Shown piece by piece: positions 10,055-22,785 of a stretch of 64,000 nt of DNA. How positions within the stretch are numbered: the first letter of the stretch is position 1; each line of letters starts with the position of its first letter. The DNA is taken from the NCBI GenBank assembly GCA_002269645.1, contig NIVC01001994.1:151173-215172 (forward strand), in the 5' to 3' direction. A program made the translations under genes and the position numbers. The DNA is from Macrostomum lignano. Its lineage: Eukaryota. Under the pieces are notes generated by a model. The model saw only the letters and a list, made by a program, of their open reading frames with translations. It was not told the DNA's origin and made no database searches.

Positions 10055-11070
10055 GCAATCAATCCACAAACTACGCGTAGCATCACCAATCAATCCACAA
10101 ACTACGCGTAGCATCACCAATCAATCCACAAACTACGCGTAGCATCACCAATCAATCCACAAACTACGCGTAGCATCACCAATCAATCCACAAACTACGC
10201 GTAGCATCACCAATCAATCCACAAACTACGCGTAGCATCACCAATCAATCCACAAACTACGCGTAGCATCACCAATCAATCCACAAACTACGCGTAGCAT
10301 CACCAATCAATCCACAAACTAGCATCACCAATCAATCCACAAACTAGCATCACCAATCAATCCACAAACTAGCATTACCAATCAATCCACAAACTAGCAT
10401 TACCAATCAATCCACAAACTAGCATCACCAATCAATCCACAAACTAGCATCACCAATCAATCCACAAACTAGCATCACCAATCAATCCACAAGCATCACC
10501 AATCAATCCACAAGCATCACCAATCAATCCACAAACTACGCGTAGCATCACCAATCAATCCACAAACTAGCATCACCAATCAATCCACAAACTAGCATCA
10601 CCAATCAATCCACAAACTAGCATTACCAATCAATCCACAAACTAGCATTACCAATCAATCCACAAACTAGCATCACCAATCAATCCACAAACTAGCATCA
10701 CCAATCAATCCACAAGCATCACCAATCAATCCACAAACTAGCATCACCAATCAATCCACAAACTAGCATCACCAATCAATCCACAAACTAGCATCACCAA
10801 TCAATCCACAAACTAGCATCACCAATCAATCCACAAACTAGCATCACCAATCAATCCACAAACTAGCATCACCAATCAATCCACAAACTAGCATCACCAA
10901 TCAATCCACAAACTAGCATCACCAATCAATCCACAAGCATCACCAATCAATCCACAAGCATCACCAATCAATCCACAAACTAGCATCACCAATCAATCCA
11001 CAAGCATCACCAATCAATCCACAAACTAGCATCACCAATCAATCCACAAGCATCACCAATCAACCTACAA
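10055..11070. repeat. Satellite with 31/25/21-bp unit variants between the Mx copies
   Basis: AGCATCACCAATCAATCCACAAACTACGCGT and versions lacking ACGCGT or AACTACGCGT. Confidence 0.9.
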
Positions 11071-11316
11071 GCCTTGCCCCACAGGTCACAGAATCCTTTA
11101 TACTAAAAATGGTTTGTTGGTAAAAAGTAGCGTTTTCGTGTCAGCTGTTCCCGTGTGTATTTATGCAGCAAAACTCGTACATAGAATTTTTAAGTAAATA
11201 CTTGAATTTTTTAATTTAATAAAAGGTGCAACAAACTATTTTATTCATTTTATCGATATTTCTTACACTGGCTGTCGGAGGAGGACATTAGCAGAGGGAA
11301 TAACAGAGAGGACACG

Positions 11317-12100
11317 CCAGCCAATCAGCGCTGATGATGGGGCAGAGACAGACGGCCAGCCAGCCAATCAGCGCTGATGATTTTTTTTATTAGAGGCAGG
11401 GGGTTGTGTGCACCCTGGCGTACTTTAAGCGACATAGGCACACAACCGGCGAGAGGCATTACTGCCCATTCCGCCGACTCCCCTGAGCAGGCATACAAGC
11501 GCGCGGATACGTGCGCAGGCACACACTCACACAGGAGTGTACAGCGGCCCTAACTTTATTTTATCGTTAGGCATGTACACTTCACTGCGCCTTGGGGGGT
11601 TGGCTCTCAAGGCCGTTAATTGCACGAGCAGAGCCAAGTTGAGATTCCAATTCAGCCACAAATTAATGTGACTGCACTTGGAATCGAGCCTGGGTCACTG
11701 GCACACCAGAGCAGCTGCGCTACCGCTGGGCTACGGCTCCCCTAGCGCTGATGATGGGGCAGAGAGACAGACGGCCAGCCAGCCAATCAGAGCTGATGAT
11801 GGGGCAGAGAGACAGACGGCCAGCCAGCCAATCAGCGCTGATGATGGGGCAGAGAGACAGACGGCCAGCCAGCCAATCAGCGCTGATGATGGTGCAGAGA
11901 GACAGACGGCCAGCGAGCTAATCAGCGCTGATGATGGGGCAGAGAGACAGACGGCCAGCCAGCCAATCAGCGCTGATGATTGGGCAGAGAGACAGACGGC
12001 CAGCCAGCCAATCAGCGCTGATGATGGGGCAGAGAGACAGACGGCCAGCCAGGCAATCAGCGATAATGATGGGACAGAGAGACAGACGGCCAGCCAACCA
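11317..12100. repeat. ~41-bp CCAAT-containing minisatellite (interrupted by the SINE)
   Basis: Unit GCCAGCCAGCCAATCAGCGCTGATGATGGGGCAGAGAGACAGACG-like. Confidence 0.85.
11381..11743 (-). mobile_element. Full-length tRNA-derived SINE with poly(A) tail and 11-bp TSD
   Basis: Minus strand starts GGGAGCCGTAGCCCAGCGG (A box) ... GGCTCGATTCC (B box), ends AATAAAAAAAA; flanked by AGCGCTGATGA at 11370-11380 and 11744-11754. Confidence 0.85.
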
Positions 12101-12185
12101 TAGTGCTTTTTAAGTTCTGATACCATTAATCCATCAATTTTAAATTGAAGAAAACACAAAACCGACAAAGAAAAATTAGTAGGAT

Positions 12186-12191
12186 TTTATT
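12186..12191 (-). terminator. Probable polyadenylation signal of Mx copy B
   Basis: AATAAA on the minus strand ~15 nt after the stop. Confidence 0.45.
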
Positions 12192-12206
12192 AATAATAAG
12201 TAACGT

Positions 12207-15200
12207 TTACAGCCTGAACTTGTTGAAGTCCCGCTGCGCCAGCCGCAGCTGCTCCATCATCTCCTTCAGCTGTTTCCTTCTCGCAGTTTTGTGCCGCGGC
12301 TCACGCAGCAGCGACAGAAACGTCTCGGCAGACTCGGACTCGGACAGCAGGTCGAGGGCGCGGTTGCCGAGCTGCTTAGAAACAACATCGAACATGAAGT
12401 AGAGAACGGACTGCGGGATGGTGTCGCTAAGTCGCTCAGTGGCCACCTGCAGGTAGGCTTCGAGACCGCGGCGAATTCGCTCAGCGCTATCGGGGACAGG
12501 CGGCCTGCGGGCGGGGATTGGGTCGGCATTTTGAGATTGGTTGCTTATTGGCTTTTATCGTCGGTCCCTCTCCCCCACCATCAGCGCTGATTGGCTGGCT
12601 GGAAGTCTGTCCCTCCGCCCCACCATCAGCGCTGATTGGCTGGCTGGAAGTCTGTCCCTCCGCCCCACCATCAGCGCTGATTGGCTGGCTGGAAGTCTGT
12701 CCCTCCGCCCCACCATCAGCGCTGATTGGCTGGCTGGAAGTCTGTCCCTCCGCCCCACCATCAGCGCTGATTGGCTGGCTGGAAGTCTGTCCCTCCGCCC
12801 CACCATCAGCGCTGATTGGCTGGCTGGAAGTCTCTCTCTTGCTTTCTCGCACTCTTCTGACTTTCTGTCTCGTTATCGTTGTTATCGCTGATTGGCAGAC
12901 AATCTGCCCTCTCTTCTCGTATATTGTAACTGTAATTGTAACTCTAAACAATGCAGGCTGCACGGCCTTGTCCTAATCAATAACCCTACACCTATTCTCA
13001 GTTACGTAATCAGTGCCACTCACTGCTGGTTGCCGTTGTCCTTGTAAAGATCCTCCTCAATCTTTGCAATGCGCTCCTGGAACTGGCTGTCCTGCGAGAA
13101 CACTCGCGCCTCCTGAAGAAACAGCCGTCCGCTCAGATCCGCTCTGGCCAGCTCCAGCACCTTGGCGATCTCCTCGTTGCTGGTCTCCGTCACCACCTCG
13201 AAGATGTCTTGGAAGTCGCCGAATACCTTCTGGGCAATGAGGTGCACCACATCTGTGACCTCGTCGGATACCTTGATTGATTTGGTTTTGTGGAAACTTC
13301 ATCTCAATAGAGCTGCGATTGCCAAAAGAATCCCGCCAACCCCATACTTTCACGTTGGTTCAAAGCCCCTTAATTCCCATGGACCGCCTACCACCCTCCC
13401 CGCCACTCTCACGGACCGGCCGATCCCATACGACCGCCACCCCACTCCTCAGCTTCCCGATAAAACCAAAATCATCCAACCTGCTCCAGAAATTGTTCCG
13501 CAGGCTGTTTCAGTTTGTTTAGAAACTCCTCCTTGTAGATTCGTTCAATTATTGGGAACACGTGATCATAGGAGGCGAGCTCGCGACCTCTCAAGTCAGT
13601 GATTAGACGGGTCACCTGCTCGGGCGGCTGCCAATAGTGCGAGATGTGGCCGCGAGTGACCCAGCCTGAGTACGTGAATATAACAGTGTTGAAAATATGA
13701 ACACACTTTTTGTTACTCCAACCAGACACCCGAGTCTATCATCTAATTTCTTACCTGGCCAAGCTCTATGAATCTGCTTCCCCAACTCTGTCCAGTGCTT
13801 TCTGCACTTGGCGTACAGGTGAAACCTGGCGTTCATCTCGCCCTGTGTTGCTATGGCAACGTCTTTGTTGAAGTTGCTCAGCATCTCGAACAGGTAGCGC
13901 CGTTTCTCGTCTTTGGTCTCGGCGACCGGCTGGCCGAGACGCTGCAGCTCCTCCTGGAACTTCTTGCGCATCTCCTGCGGGGTGGCAGGGAGGCTCTCGT
14001 GTGGAGCTTTGGGGAATAAGACGGCTTGATTGGGCAGGTGAGCTGTGTCGGGACCACTGAACAGACAATTGACAGTCACTGGCGTAGGGATTTTCTAGGC
14101 TTTACGACTCTGGGATTACAACACCCAGGTGTGCAGAAACCCTAGCTCAGCACACGAGAGTCTGGGGATCAGGACCTCAGCACACGAGAGTCTGGGGATC
14201 AGGACCTCAGCACACGAGAGTCTTGGGATCAGGACCTCAGCACACACAAGTCTGGGGATCAGGACCTCAGCACACGAGAGTCTGGAGATCAGGACCTCAG
14301 CACACGAGGGTCTGAGGATCAGGACCTCAGCACATGAGAGTCAGGGGATCAGGACCTCAGCACACGAGAGTCTGGGGATCAGGACCTAAACACACGAGAG
14401 TCTGGAGATCAGGACCTCAGCACACGAGAGTCTGGAGATCAGGACCTCAGCACACGAGAGTCTGGGGATCAGGACCTCAGCACACGAGAGTCTTGGGATC
14501 AGGACCTCAGCACACGAGAGTCTTGGGATCAGGACCTCAGCACACACAAGTCTGGGGATCAGGACCTCAGCACATGAGAGTCAGCGGATCAGGACCTCAG
14601 CACATGAGAGTCTGGGGATCAGGACCTCAGCACACACAAGTCTGGGGATCAGTACATCCAGAATTCTGCAGAATCCCTATTCACTCCCTCACCAGGATGT
14701 CATTCTGCAGCGTGCTGATGTTCCTCTTCACGGACTCAAACAGCTCCTCCGTCAGCTTGTCCGCCAGAGTCCGGATGCCCACGGACTGCTCAGGCAGCTG
14801 GCTGAAGTGCCGGTGAGTCTTGAAGAAAGCCGCCTCGTTGGCCACCGACTCAGCCAGGGTGACGCCGTTGTTGAGCTCCTCGGGACTGCGGCACTTCACC
14901 ATCACGTAGCCCTTCTTCAGCGGGATCTTCTCGTTGTTGGCGATCTTCAGCGTCTCCTGCTCCGCGCCCTTGTTCACCATGTCCGGGCACGTGAGCACCC
15001 CGATGGTGCGCTCGCCCTGCGGGTCGGCCTCCTTAGCCAGTGACAGCGCCTCGACCGTCTCGATGTCCTGGTGGCACGGCACCACCACCAGGATGAGCAC
15101 CTGCGGCTGGCTGACGTACTTGGCGATGAGCGACTTGGTGATCTGAGCGATGCCAGAACCGCCTGTGGCAGAGTACCTGAGGGTGCAGAGGGTCTCTGCG

Positions 15201-15781
15201 TCATCCGTCTGTCTGTCTGTCTGTCTGTCTGTCTGTGTGTCTGTCTGTATGCCTGTCTGTCCGTCTCACCTGGCGATGCCCGGCAGGTCAATCAAGGTCA
15301 GGTCGGGCACATCCGGTCCCTTGATCGCCAGGTCAATCTGCTCACTCGAGATCTCGTTGTCTCCGTGCGTCATCCGCTGCTGGGCCTCCCTCACGGCTCC
15401 GTCCACTTCCCCAGGCGAGTTGAGCTCCTTGTCCACCTTGTGCCCGTTGACGTCCTTGTAGCTGATGCGACCGTGCCACGGCGCCTCTGGGTCGGCGTTC
15501 CACTGCATGGACAGCTGCAGGGCGCAGCGGGTGACCATGCCGGTGCCGCGGGGAAATTCCACGCCCGAGATGGCCTCCAGCACCGAGGACTTGCCCACCG
15601 ACTGGTCGCCCACCACCGCCACCATGGGCAGCTTGAGGTCGCTCTGCAGGCCGTGGGAGCGCAGCTCGTCGATGCGGTTCAGCACCGGCCGGATGCGCTG
15701 GCGGAAGGCCGAGGACAGCGCCGGCAGCTCGTCGTGCTGGTCGCCTGCATCACCGTCAGGACCGACGGCGGAGCCGTTCAT
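12207..15781 (-). CDS. Mx: Mx-like dynamin-family large GTPase, copy B (648 aa from ATG 15781)
   Basis: Exons 15781-15270, 15176-14693, 13974-13755, 13665-13481, 13271-13024, 12504-12207; exon lengths identical to copy A except the last; total 1947 nt; 7 aa substitutions and 4 fewer C-terminal residues. Confidence 0.9.
12572..12835. repeat. Related ~41-bp minisatellite in last intron of Mx-B, opposite orientation
   Basis: Unit CATCAGCGCTGATTGGCTGGCTGGAAGTCTGTCCCTCCGCCCCAC; its reverse complement closely matches the 11744-12100 unit. Confidence 0.85.
14142..14652. repeat. Same 30-bp minisatellite, inverted, in Mx-B intron
   Basis: Reverse complement of the 6534-6880 unit, ~17 copies. Confidence 0.9.
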
Positions 15782-16155
15782 GTGGCTGGGAGTTGTGGGA
15801 TTCGGTTCGGGATTTCTGGGGATTTTTGAAGCTGATCTGGGGTTCTGAGTGCGGTAGGAAGATTGGAGAATGCTCTGGAGTTTTATTATTGGGGACTAGT
15901 TAGGAGGATTTGGGTTTATTTTGGGATTTATGGTGATTTTGGGATCAACTGGGACTATTTGGGATTAGTTTGGACTATATGGGATGAGATGGGACAATTT
16001 TGGATCAATTGGGACTGTTTGGGATTAGTTGGGACTATATAGGATATCTTGGGACTATTTGGGATTAGTTTGGACTATTTGGAATCATCTGGGACAGTTT
16101 GGGGATCAGCTGGGACTATTTGGGATCAGTCGGGACTTTTTTGGGATCAGCTGGC

Positions 16156-16307
16156 TCACGAGTCCTGGAGCTCCTGGATGCCCGACGGCGACGGCAGCTG
16201 GCTGTTGAGCTGCTCCTGAAGTGCCTCCTGAACATCAGGCTGGGCACCGCCGCTCGGACTGAGCAGCTCGCTGGGCGGTCTCGATTTCTTCTTTCGCTGG
16301 CGTCTGA
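16156..16307 (-). other. Candidate upstream exon of Mx copy B (coding or 5' UTR)
   Basis: GC-rich block bounded by TTTATCAG| and |GTGAGC, open as RQRKKKSRPPSELLSP...QELQDS; can join exon 2 in phase through CCCCAG|A near 15840. Boundaries approximate; absent next to copy A. Confidence 0.4.
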
Positions 16308-17199
16308 TAAAGCAAGTGCAGTATAATTTTACAGTAAATGACTGTGCAATACCCCACAAGTCTGAGTCCCAATGTAGATCATGTTAATGCAAATTACCTT
16401 GAAGTTTCCAGACTCATATTGCACAGTAATATTATATTTTACTGTTATAATCCTACTGATATTCTATACTAACTTTAGCAGAATTTCTACAACTTTGCCG
16501 ATTCACTATGCCCCGAAGACTTTTATAGTAGGCCAAGGGAGGGGGCTCCGCAATTTCCAAGAAATTCCACGTCAGCAGGGGATCAGTTGAAATGTATAGA
16601 GGCTGAGATCAACTGTTCTGGTAAGCAATGTACTTTTAATATAGTTAGTGTACAACTGAATCCTGCATGTACAGAGGGGAAGCTTTAACTGTCTGAAGTG
16701 GATTGTACAAGCAAAGCTTGACTAACCTTCAGCTGCCATAACTTTTCATCACGTGAAGCGATTGACTTTAAAATGGACAAAATAAATTATTGACTCATTG
16801 TCTGTGGGAATATGAAGTCTCAAATTTGTAACTCAATCAGAATGGAGACTGTAAGCAAGTGAAGCTTGGCTGTTTTTTTGGTTTTGGGCTGCCCACTCAC
16901 TCATTTCCCCAGAAGGATGCATAGGTCTCAGTGTACACGGAAACGTACAGTGTTTTGGAGTAACTTACCCTCATCTGCGGTATTCTCTGCATTGCCCCAG
17001 TGCAATGTACGCGCTACGGGTAGCTAAAGACAGGTACCCGTACAGTGCAGATAATTCATCCAATTTCCTGGAAAAAATACACAGCAAAACAAGGAAAATA
17101 TTATTTAAAAAATGAATTTTTCACTACATAGCTCTATAAATGTAAAATAAAACAGCAACAACAAAATACTTTGTCAGTTAAGCAAGTCTTCAAAGGCAA

Positions 17200-20085
17200 A
17201 AACCTTTTGTCACAGGGCGCGGTTCAGGGCCTGGGTGCAAGCGAACGTAGGCTGCACCGCTGACAGTAGGGTTCACAAAATCCAGGATTCTGTCAATCCC
17301 GGGATTGATATTTTTCCAGTAGCATCCTTGTCGTAACATTGTTACGACAGCTAAAGGGGTAATGCTAGTCTGGTAATATAATATATATAGACTATCTAAT
17401 ATATATCACTGTCATTATTGATTACTATGCAAAGCAATATGAATGTATATACATGTATTACATACTATGTACAGTAGTAGCACTAGCAGTATGCACATTG
17501 CAAAACAAATGCACATGACTCGTGGACGTGGGCGTGGAGTCGTTGGCCCGTGGCATGAGGCACACTCACAAGGAGTCACAAGGACTCACAGTCACAACAC
17601 AAGTCACAACCTGAACCTACTACCGCCTGGGCATTCACGTTGTCACTTGTCAGTCTGGAGTCTGGACTCACGACTACGAGTTCAAACTTTAAAATCAAAT
17701 CTCAACTTTAAATTATTTAAACAAGACTAAAAACTCAAGCAGCATTAAAGACCTTACAAAGTGGGCAACGGAGAATGGACATGTATGCGTGTATGTTCCA
17801 TAGTTGAACTGTCATTTTATGATAAAATACTTGCTATTATATCAGACATTATAAAAACATAGCATTAACGTTCCGGGATTGAATCCCAACCCTGTGAATC
17901 CCGGGATCCCGGGATCCCGGAAAAAGCCCGGAATCCCGGGATTGTGACCCCTAGCTGACAGTGATCGGGGCGTCAGCCAGCAGCCAGTCGACGAAACGCC
18001 GAGTGCACGCCTGTCCTCGCCGGTAGGGCGCCTGCAGCGTCTGCAGCGGCCACCAGCTGCGGGCAGTACGACTCCTCTAGCTGGAGACGTCGACGGCGCA
18101 ACGTCGACGGCGGCTCGAGCGAATCCGACAGCGTCCAGCAACAGACTGTACAGCAGCACGGTCTCGATCAACGCCTAGAACAACGCCGCCCTCTGGCGGT
18201 CGGGCGGGGCCTTGGACTGCAGGACAGCCCTCACAGAACGGAAGGCAGCCCAGGCAAGTCTGCGGCGGCGTCGCAGATCCTCCCGAACGTCAGGCATCAG
18301 ACCGCCGAGGTAGACGAACTGCTGACAGCACGAAGCTTCGTCACCTGTCCATCAGCGCCTCGGCAGAAAATTGCAGCCTCGATGTCGTCCGGCACGCAGA
18401 GCACGACGGTCTTCTGCGTGTTGACCACCAGGCCGACACTCGCCGCAACGCTCACCAACCGGTCCAGTTGTCGCTGGGCGCCGTTGACGGTCGAGGACAG
18501 CAGGGCGAGATCGTCGGCGTAGCCAAGCACGCTGAGCCGCCTCTCCGGTTGGCGTCGACCCTCGGGTCGCTGCAGCAGGAAGCCGTCATCTTTAGAAGGG
18601 AGAGCAGTCTACAGCACCCAGTCAAGTACCAGGACGAACAGGAAAGACGCAAGCGTATCTCATTGAAGCAGCCAAGAGGATGTCTCAAAGAAATCCGACA
18701 GGCCGTCCGGTGTTAGCACAGCATGTGCCATGATGCAGAGACATGACGGCGGAAATCAGCTGCTCTGGCAGGTTGTACGCACGAAGCACCATTGGGAGCA
18801 CGGCCCTCACGACCGAGTTGAAAGCCTTCCAGAAGTCAATTAAGAGAAATATCAGGTTTGACTGGCGGGCCCGGAGTCTTCTGAGCGAGAATCACAACGT
18901 CGTCTGTGCCGACTGGTGCTACATTGAAACTCTCCTCTGCCGACAACGGCGTCCCCGGCGGCAGCCTCAGATCGTTAGGCAGCGGGGGCGGCACTTTGAC
19001 GATGGCAGCGAAGAACTCGGGCAGCTCATTTCTGCGCTCATCTGGAGTGTCGCCAACAAGGTTGTGCGAGATGCGCCGCTTCCACCCCGTCAGAGCGTTG
19101 ATGGGGGAGCAGGCCACGTGCCCTTTGGCGTCGGGTCCAGCGGCTCTGCCTTCGCTTGCCGAATCGCAGGGTCATTCAGCCAGACCGGCTGCCTACGTTG
19201 GGCCGGTTGCATCAACGGGACTGCTTGCTCCGCCGCTGCTCTAACCGCGGCACTTATCTCTGTGTACTCGGCGCGCCCGCATCAAGCGCGCTGACGAAGG
19301 CACTAGCGAAATGGTGACGCGTCTGGGTGTCCTTGAGCGCACGGTAATAGCGTCGCGGTGGCCGCTTCGGCGAACGGTAAAGCGGATCGCGTACACAGGT
19401 CGCAGACGAGTAGCCGACGGTCGGACCGCAGAGCCAGCGACGTGATGTTGCGGTACTTGACGGCGCGGCGGCGCTCACAATGCACCAGCACGTGATCGAG
19501 CTGTGCCTGCCTCCGCGGCACATTCCGGCCGCACGCATTCCTCTGCCACCGCTTGAAGCCCACGAAGATCGCGAGAGGTGGCTCGCGGAAGCGGGTGTTG
19601 GCCGACACCATGTCCTGCCTCTCCAGGAAGTCCTCCAGCGCTCCGGTGTTGCCGTTCTCGCGCGGTGTCACAAACAGCGACCGCTCGGACCTTACGCAAA
19701 ACTGCGTTCAGGTCTCTGAGGACGGCCACTGTGTCACGCTGCGCCGGCCCACCACCTGGGCCGAGAGCTGCTCGAAGACGTCTTGAGACTCGTCAGGACG
19801 GGTGGCAGGAGGCGCGTACGCGCAGAACAGGCGAGCGTTCCGGCCGCGAAGCCGCCGTCGACCCGCGCTCCAACTCCTCCACGGCCTTGTTGGTTCGCCG
19901 GCGTGTACCAGCGGGTGCAACCGGCGCTCAGGTCCTCACAGTGAATTCCCGGGTTGGACCTCTTGTAGCGAGATGACATCGCATCTAAGGTCCAGCTGCG
20001 CCAACTGCGCCAACATGTTGAATATCTCGACTTGATTCTTGTTTGAGAAGGTGCGCAACAAGCTTGGCCCGTGTTCCCCCCTACA
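17200..20085 (-). mobile_element. Degenerate RTE-type LINE (APE endonuclease + reverse transcriptase pseudogene)
   Basis: Across frameshifts: DVISLQEV, GRGGVG, CAYAPP, VLRDLNA, NTRF, QLDHVLV, SDRRLL (APE); DFWKAFNSV, LQ*DTLASFLFVLVLD, GYADDLALL, FVYLGG, IETVLLYS (RT). Multiple stops; early RT motifs deleted. Confidence 0.85.
17267..17953. mobile_element. Non-autonomous hAT-type element (MITE)
   Basis: Ends TAGGGTTCACAA / TTGTGACCCCTA (imperfect TIR); exact 8-bp TSD GCTGACAG at 17259-17266 and 17954-17961; subterminal ATCCCGGGAT repeats; no transposase. Confidence 0.85.
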
Positions 20086-20595
20086 CCAGTCTCATTTTTG
20101 GCAGCTTTTTAGTAAAATTGACGCTCTATGGATTATTTGTCGCGTTTTCCAATACTACTGTAACTGCTGAGTAGTACAGCAGACATTTTTTGCCACTTAG
20201 TTTGAGATGCGCAAAATTGGAATTCTCTATTGACAATTTCAATATAGACCGGGCCGTTCTCTACGCAGTAAAACAAATAATCAATTTAGCTTGTATAGTT
20301 GTAGAATCTCTGGTGTGTCTTTCCATGTAGTAAGATTTTACTAGCCTATATGAAATCTGCGTAAGCCCAGCGCGTTGTTCCATGACTAATCTCAACACAG
20401 TACTCGCACTGTGTTCCCTAACACTCCAGCTGTGTGGTCTGTGGCTGCTGGCTGCCACTGCACACTAATTAAATAACAAAATAAGATGCCCGCATGCATT
20501 GTACCCTCGGTTCAGGGCTTCAGCAGTTACTGAAGCGTGCACTCCGAACCTCATTGGTGAATCTGCTTTTAGATAGATAAAATCTATTTAGATAG

Positions 20596-21017
<422 letters not shown>

Positions 21018-21814
21018 CTGATGGTACACTGTGTACTTTGATACCCCCGTCTCTGAGCCGATGCCAGCCGACCAGATACTGGTTCAGCATCTGCCGCACT
21101 CTTGCTAGTGCGAATGCACTCACAGTTCCTTTTGAGCTGTAATAGAGGAATAGTGCCCCATCTTTTTCTAGTCAGCTGTCTGTCACCTTGCGCCAGTTCT
21201 AGGAAACCGTCTGTTAGTCATTCGTCACAACAGATAAACAGATTTGGAGGCTCACGAATAGGCTCAGACTCTCAACTGAATTAGTTTGGATGGTACTAAC
21301 AGCAAGAAATGATTTAAGAATTAAAATTGTTAATCAGATCTGGTACTATAAAAGTAAAATTACAAATATTAAAATTTAGTTGGCTTGAGTGGAATTGCTG
21401 AGATGCCAGAGCTCACTGAGGAGATTTTCCCTCAATGTCGGCTATTTAATCAAAAGTACAGCCTTGACCTTTCTGTGCCACTAACCAAAATCGAATTTCA
21501 GTTTCCATCTATCTCCCATCGCTTTCTCGCTTTTCAAGCCAACCTTTCTTCAATTCAATCATTATTTCAGTTGGTCTCTCTGAGTTCTTCCACTTGCTGT
21601 AATTTCTTCCAGAGGAGGGAGGGTAGGAGGCAGGACCCAACCAATGCAAGCAAAATTTCATTTCTTACTAGCAAAGAGGTGAACTGGAATTTTCGAAAAT
21701 CCAATCCATTAAGGGGTGGGGTGGGAGACGTCTTGGTCCTTTTTCTGTCACTCTCAAAAAGACATTGCGTGTGCCGAATTATATGGAACTTAGAGATAGA
21801 TTATCATTACAGAG

Positions 21815-22785
21815 AATCTGTCAGTAGATTGTCAGCATTATAGAGAGACTCTGTCAGTATATTGTCAGAGAGAGACTCTGTCAGTAGATTGTCAGAGAGA
21901 CTCTGTCAGTAGATTGTCGGAGAGACTCTGTCAGTAGATTGTCATCATTAGAGAGAATCTGTCAGTATATTGTCAGCATTAGAGAGACCCTGTCAGTAGT
22001 AGATTGTCAGCATTAGAGAATCTGTCAGTAGATTGTCAGCATTAGAGAATCTGTCAGTAGATTGTCAGCATTAGAGAGACTGTCAGTAGATTGTCAGCAT
22101 TAGAGAGACTCTGTCAGTAGATTGTCAGCATTAGAGAATCTGTCAGTAGATTGTCAGCATTAGAGAGACTGTCAGTAGATTTTCAGCATTAGAGAGACTG
22201 TCAGTAGATTGTCAGCATTATAGAGAGACTCTGTCAGTAGATTGTCAGCATTAGAGAGACCCTGTCAGTAGATTGTCAGCATTAGAGACAATCTGTCAGT
22301 AGATTGTCAGCATTAGAGAATCTGTCAGTATATTGTCAGCATTAGAGAGACTATGTCAGTAGATTGTCAGCATTAGAGAGACTCTGTCAGTAGATTGTCA
22401 GAGAGACTATGTCAGTAGATTGTCAGCATTAGAGAGAATCTGTCAGTAGATTGTCAGCATTAGAGAATCTGTCAGTATATTGTCAGCATTAGAGAGACTA
22501 TGTCAGTAGATTGTCAGTATTAGAGAGACTCTGTCAGTAGATTGTCAGAGAGACTATGTCAGTAGATTGTCAGCATTAGAGAGACTGTCAGTAGATTGTC
22601 AGAGAGACTATGTCAGTAGATTGTCAGCATTAGAGAGACTCTGTCAGTAGATTGTCGGAGAGACTCTGTCAGTAGATTGTCAGCATTAGAGAGACTCTGT
22701 CAGTAGATTGTCGGAGAGACTCTGTCAGTAGATTGTCGGAGAGACTATGTCAGTAGATTGTCAGAGAGACTCTGTCAGTAGATTA
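21815..22785. repeat. Variable 21-31-bp minisatellite
   Basis: Core CTGTCAGTAGATTGTCAGCATTAGAGAGA; a different 22-bp CTGACATCCTCATAGTAGATTT array follows at ~23110-23250. Confidence 0.9.
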
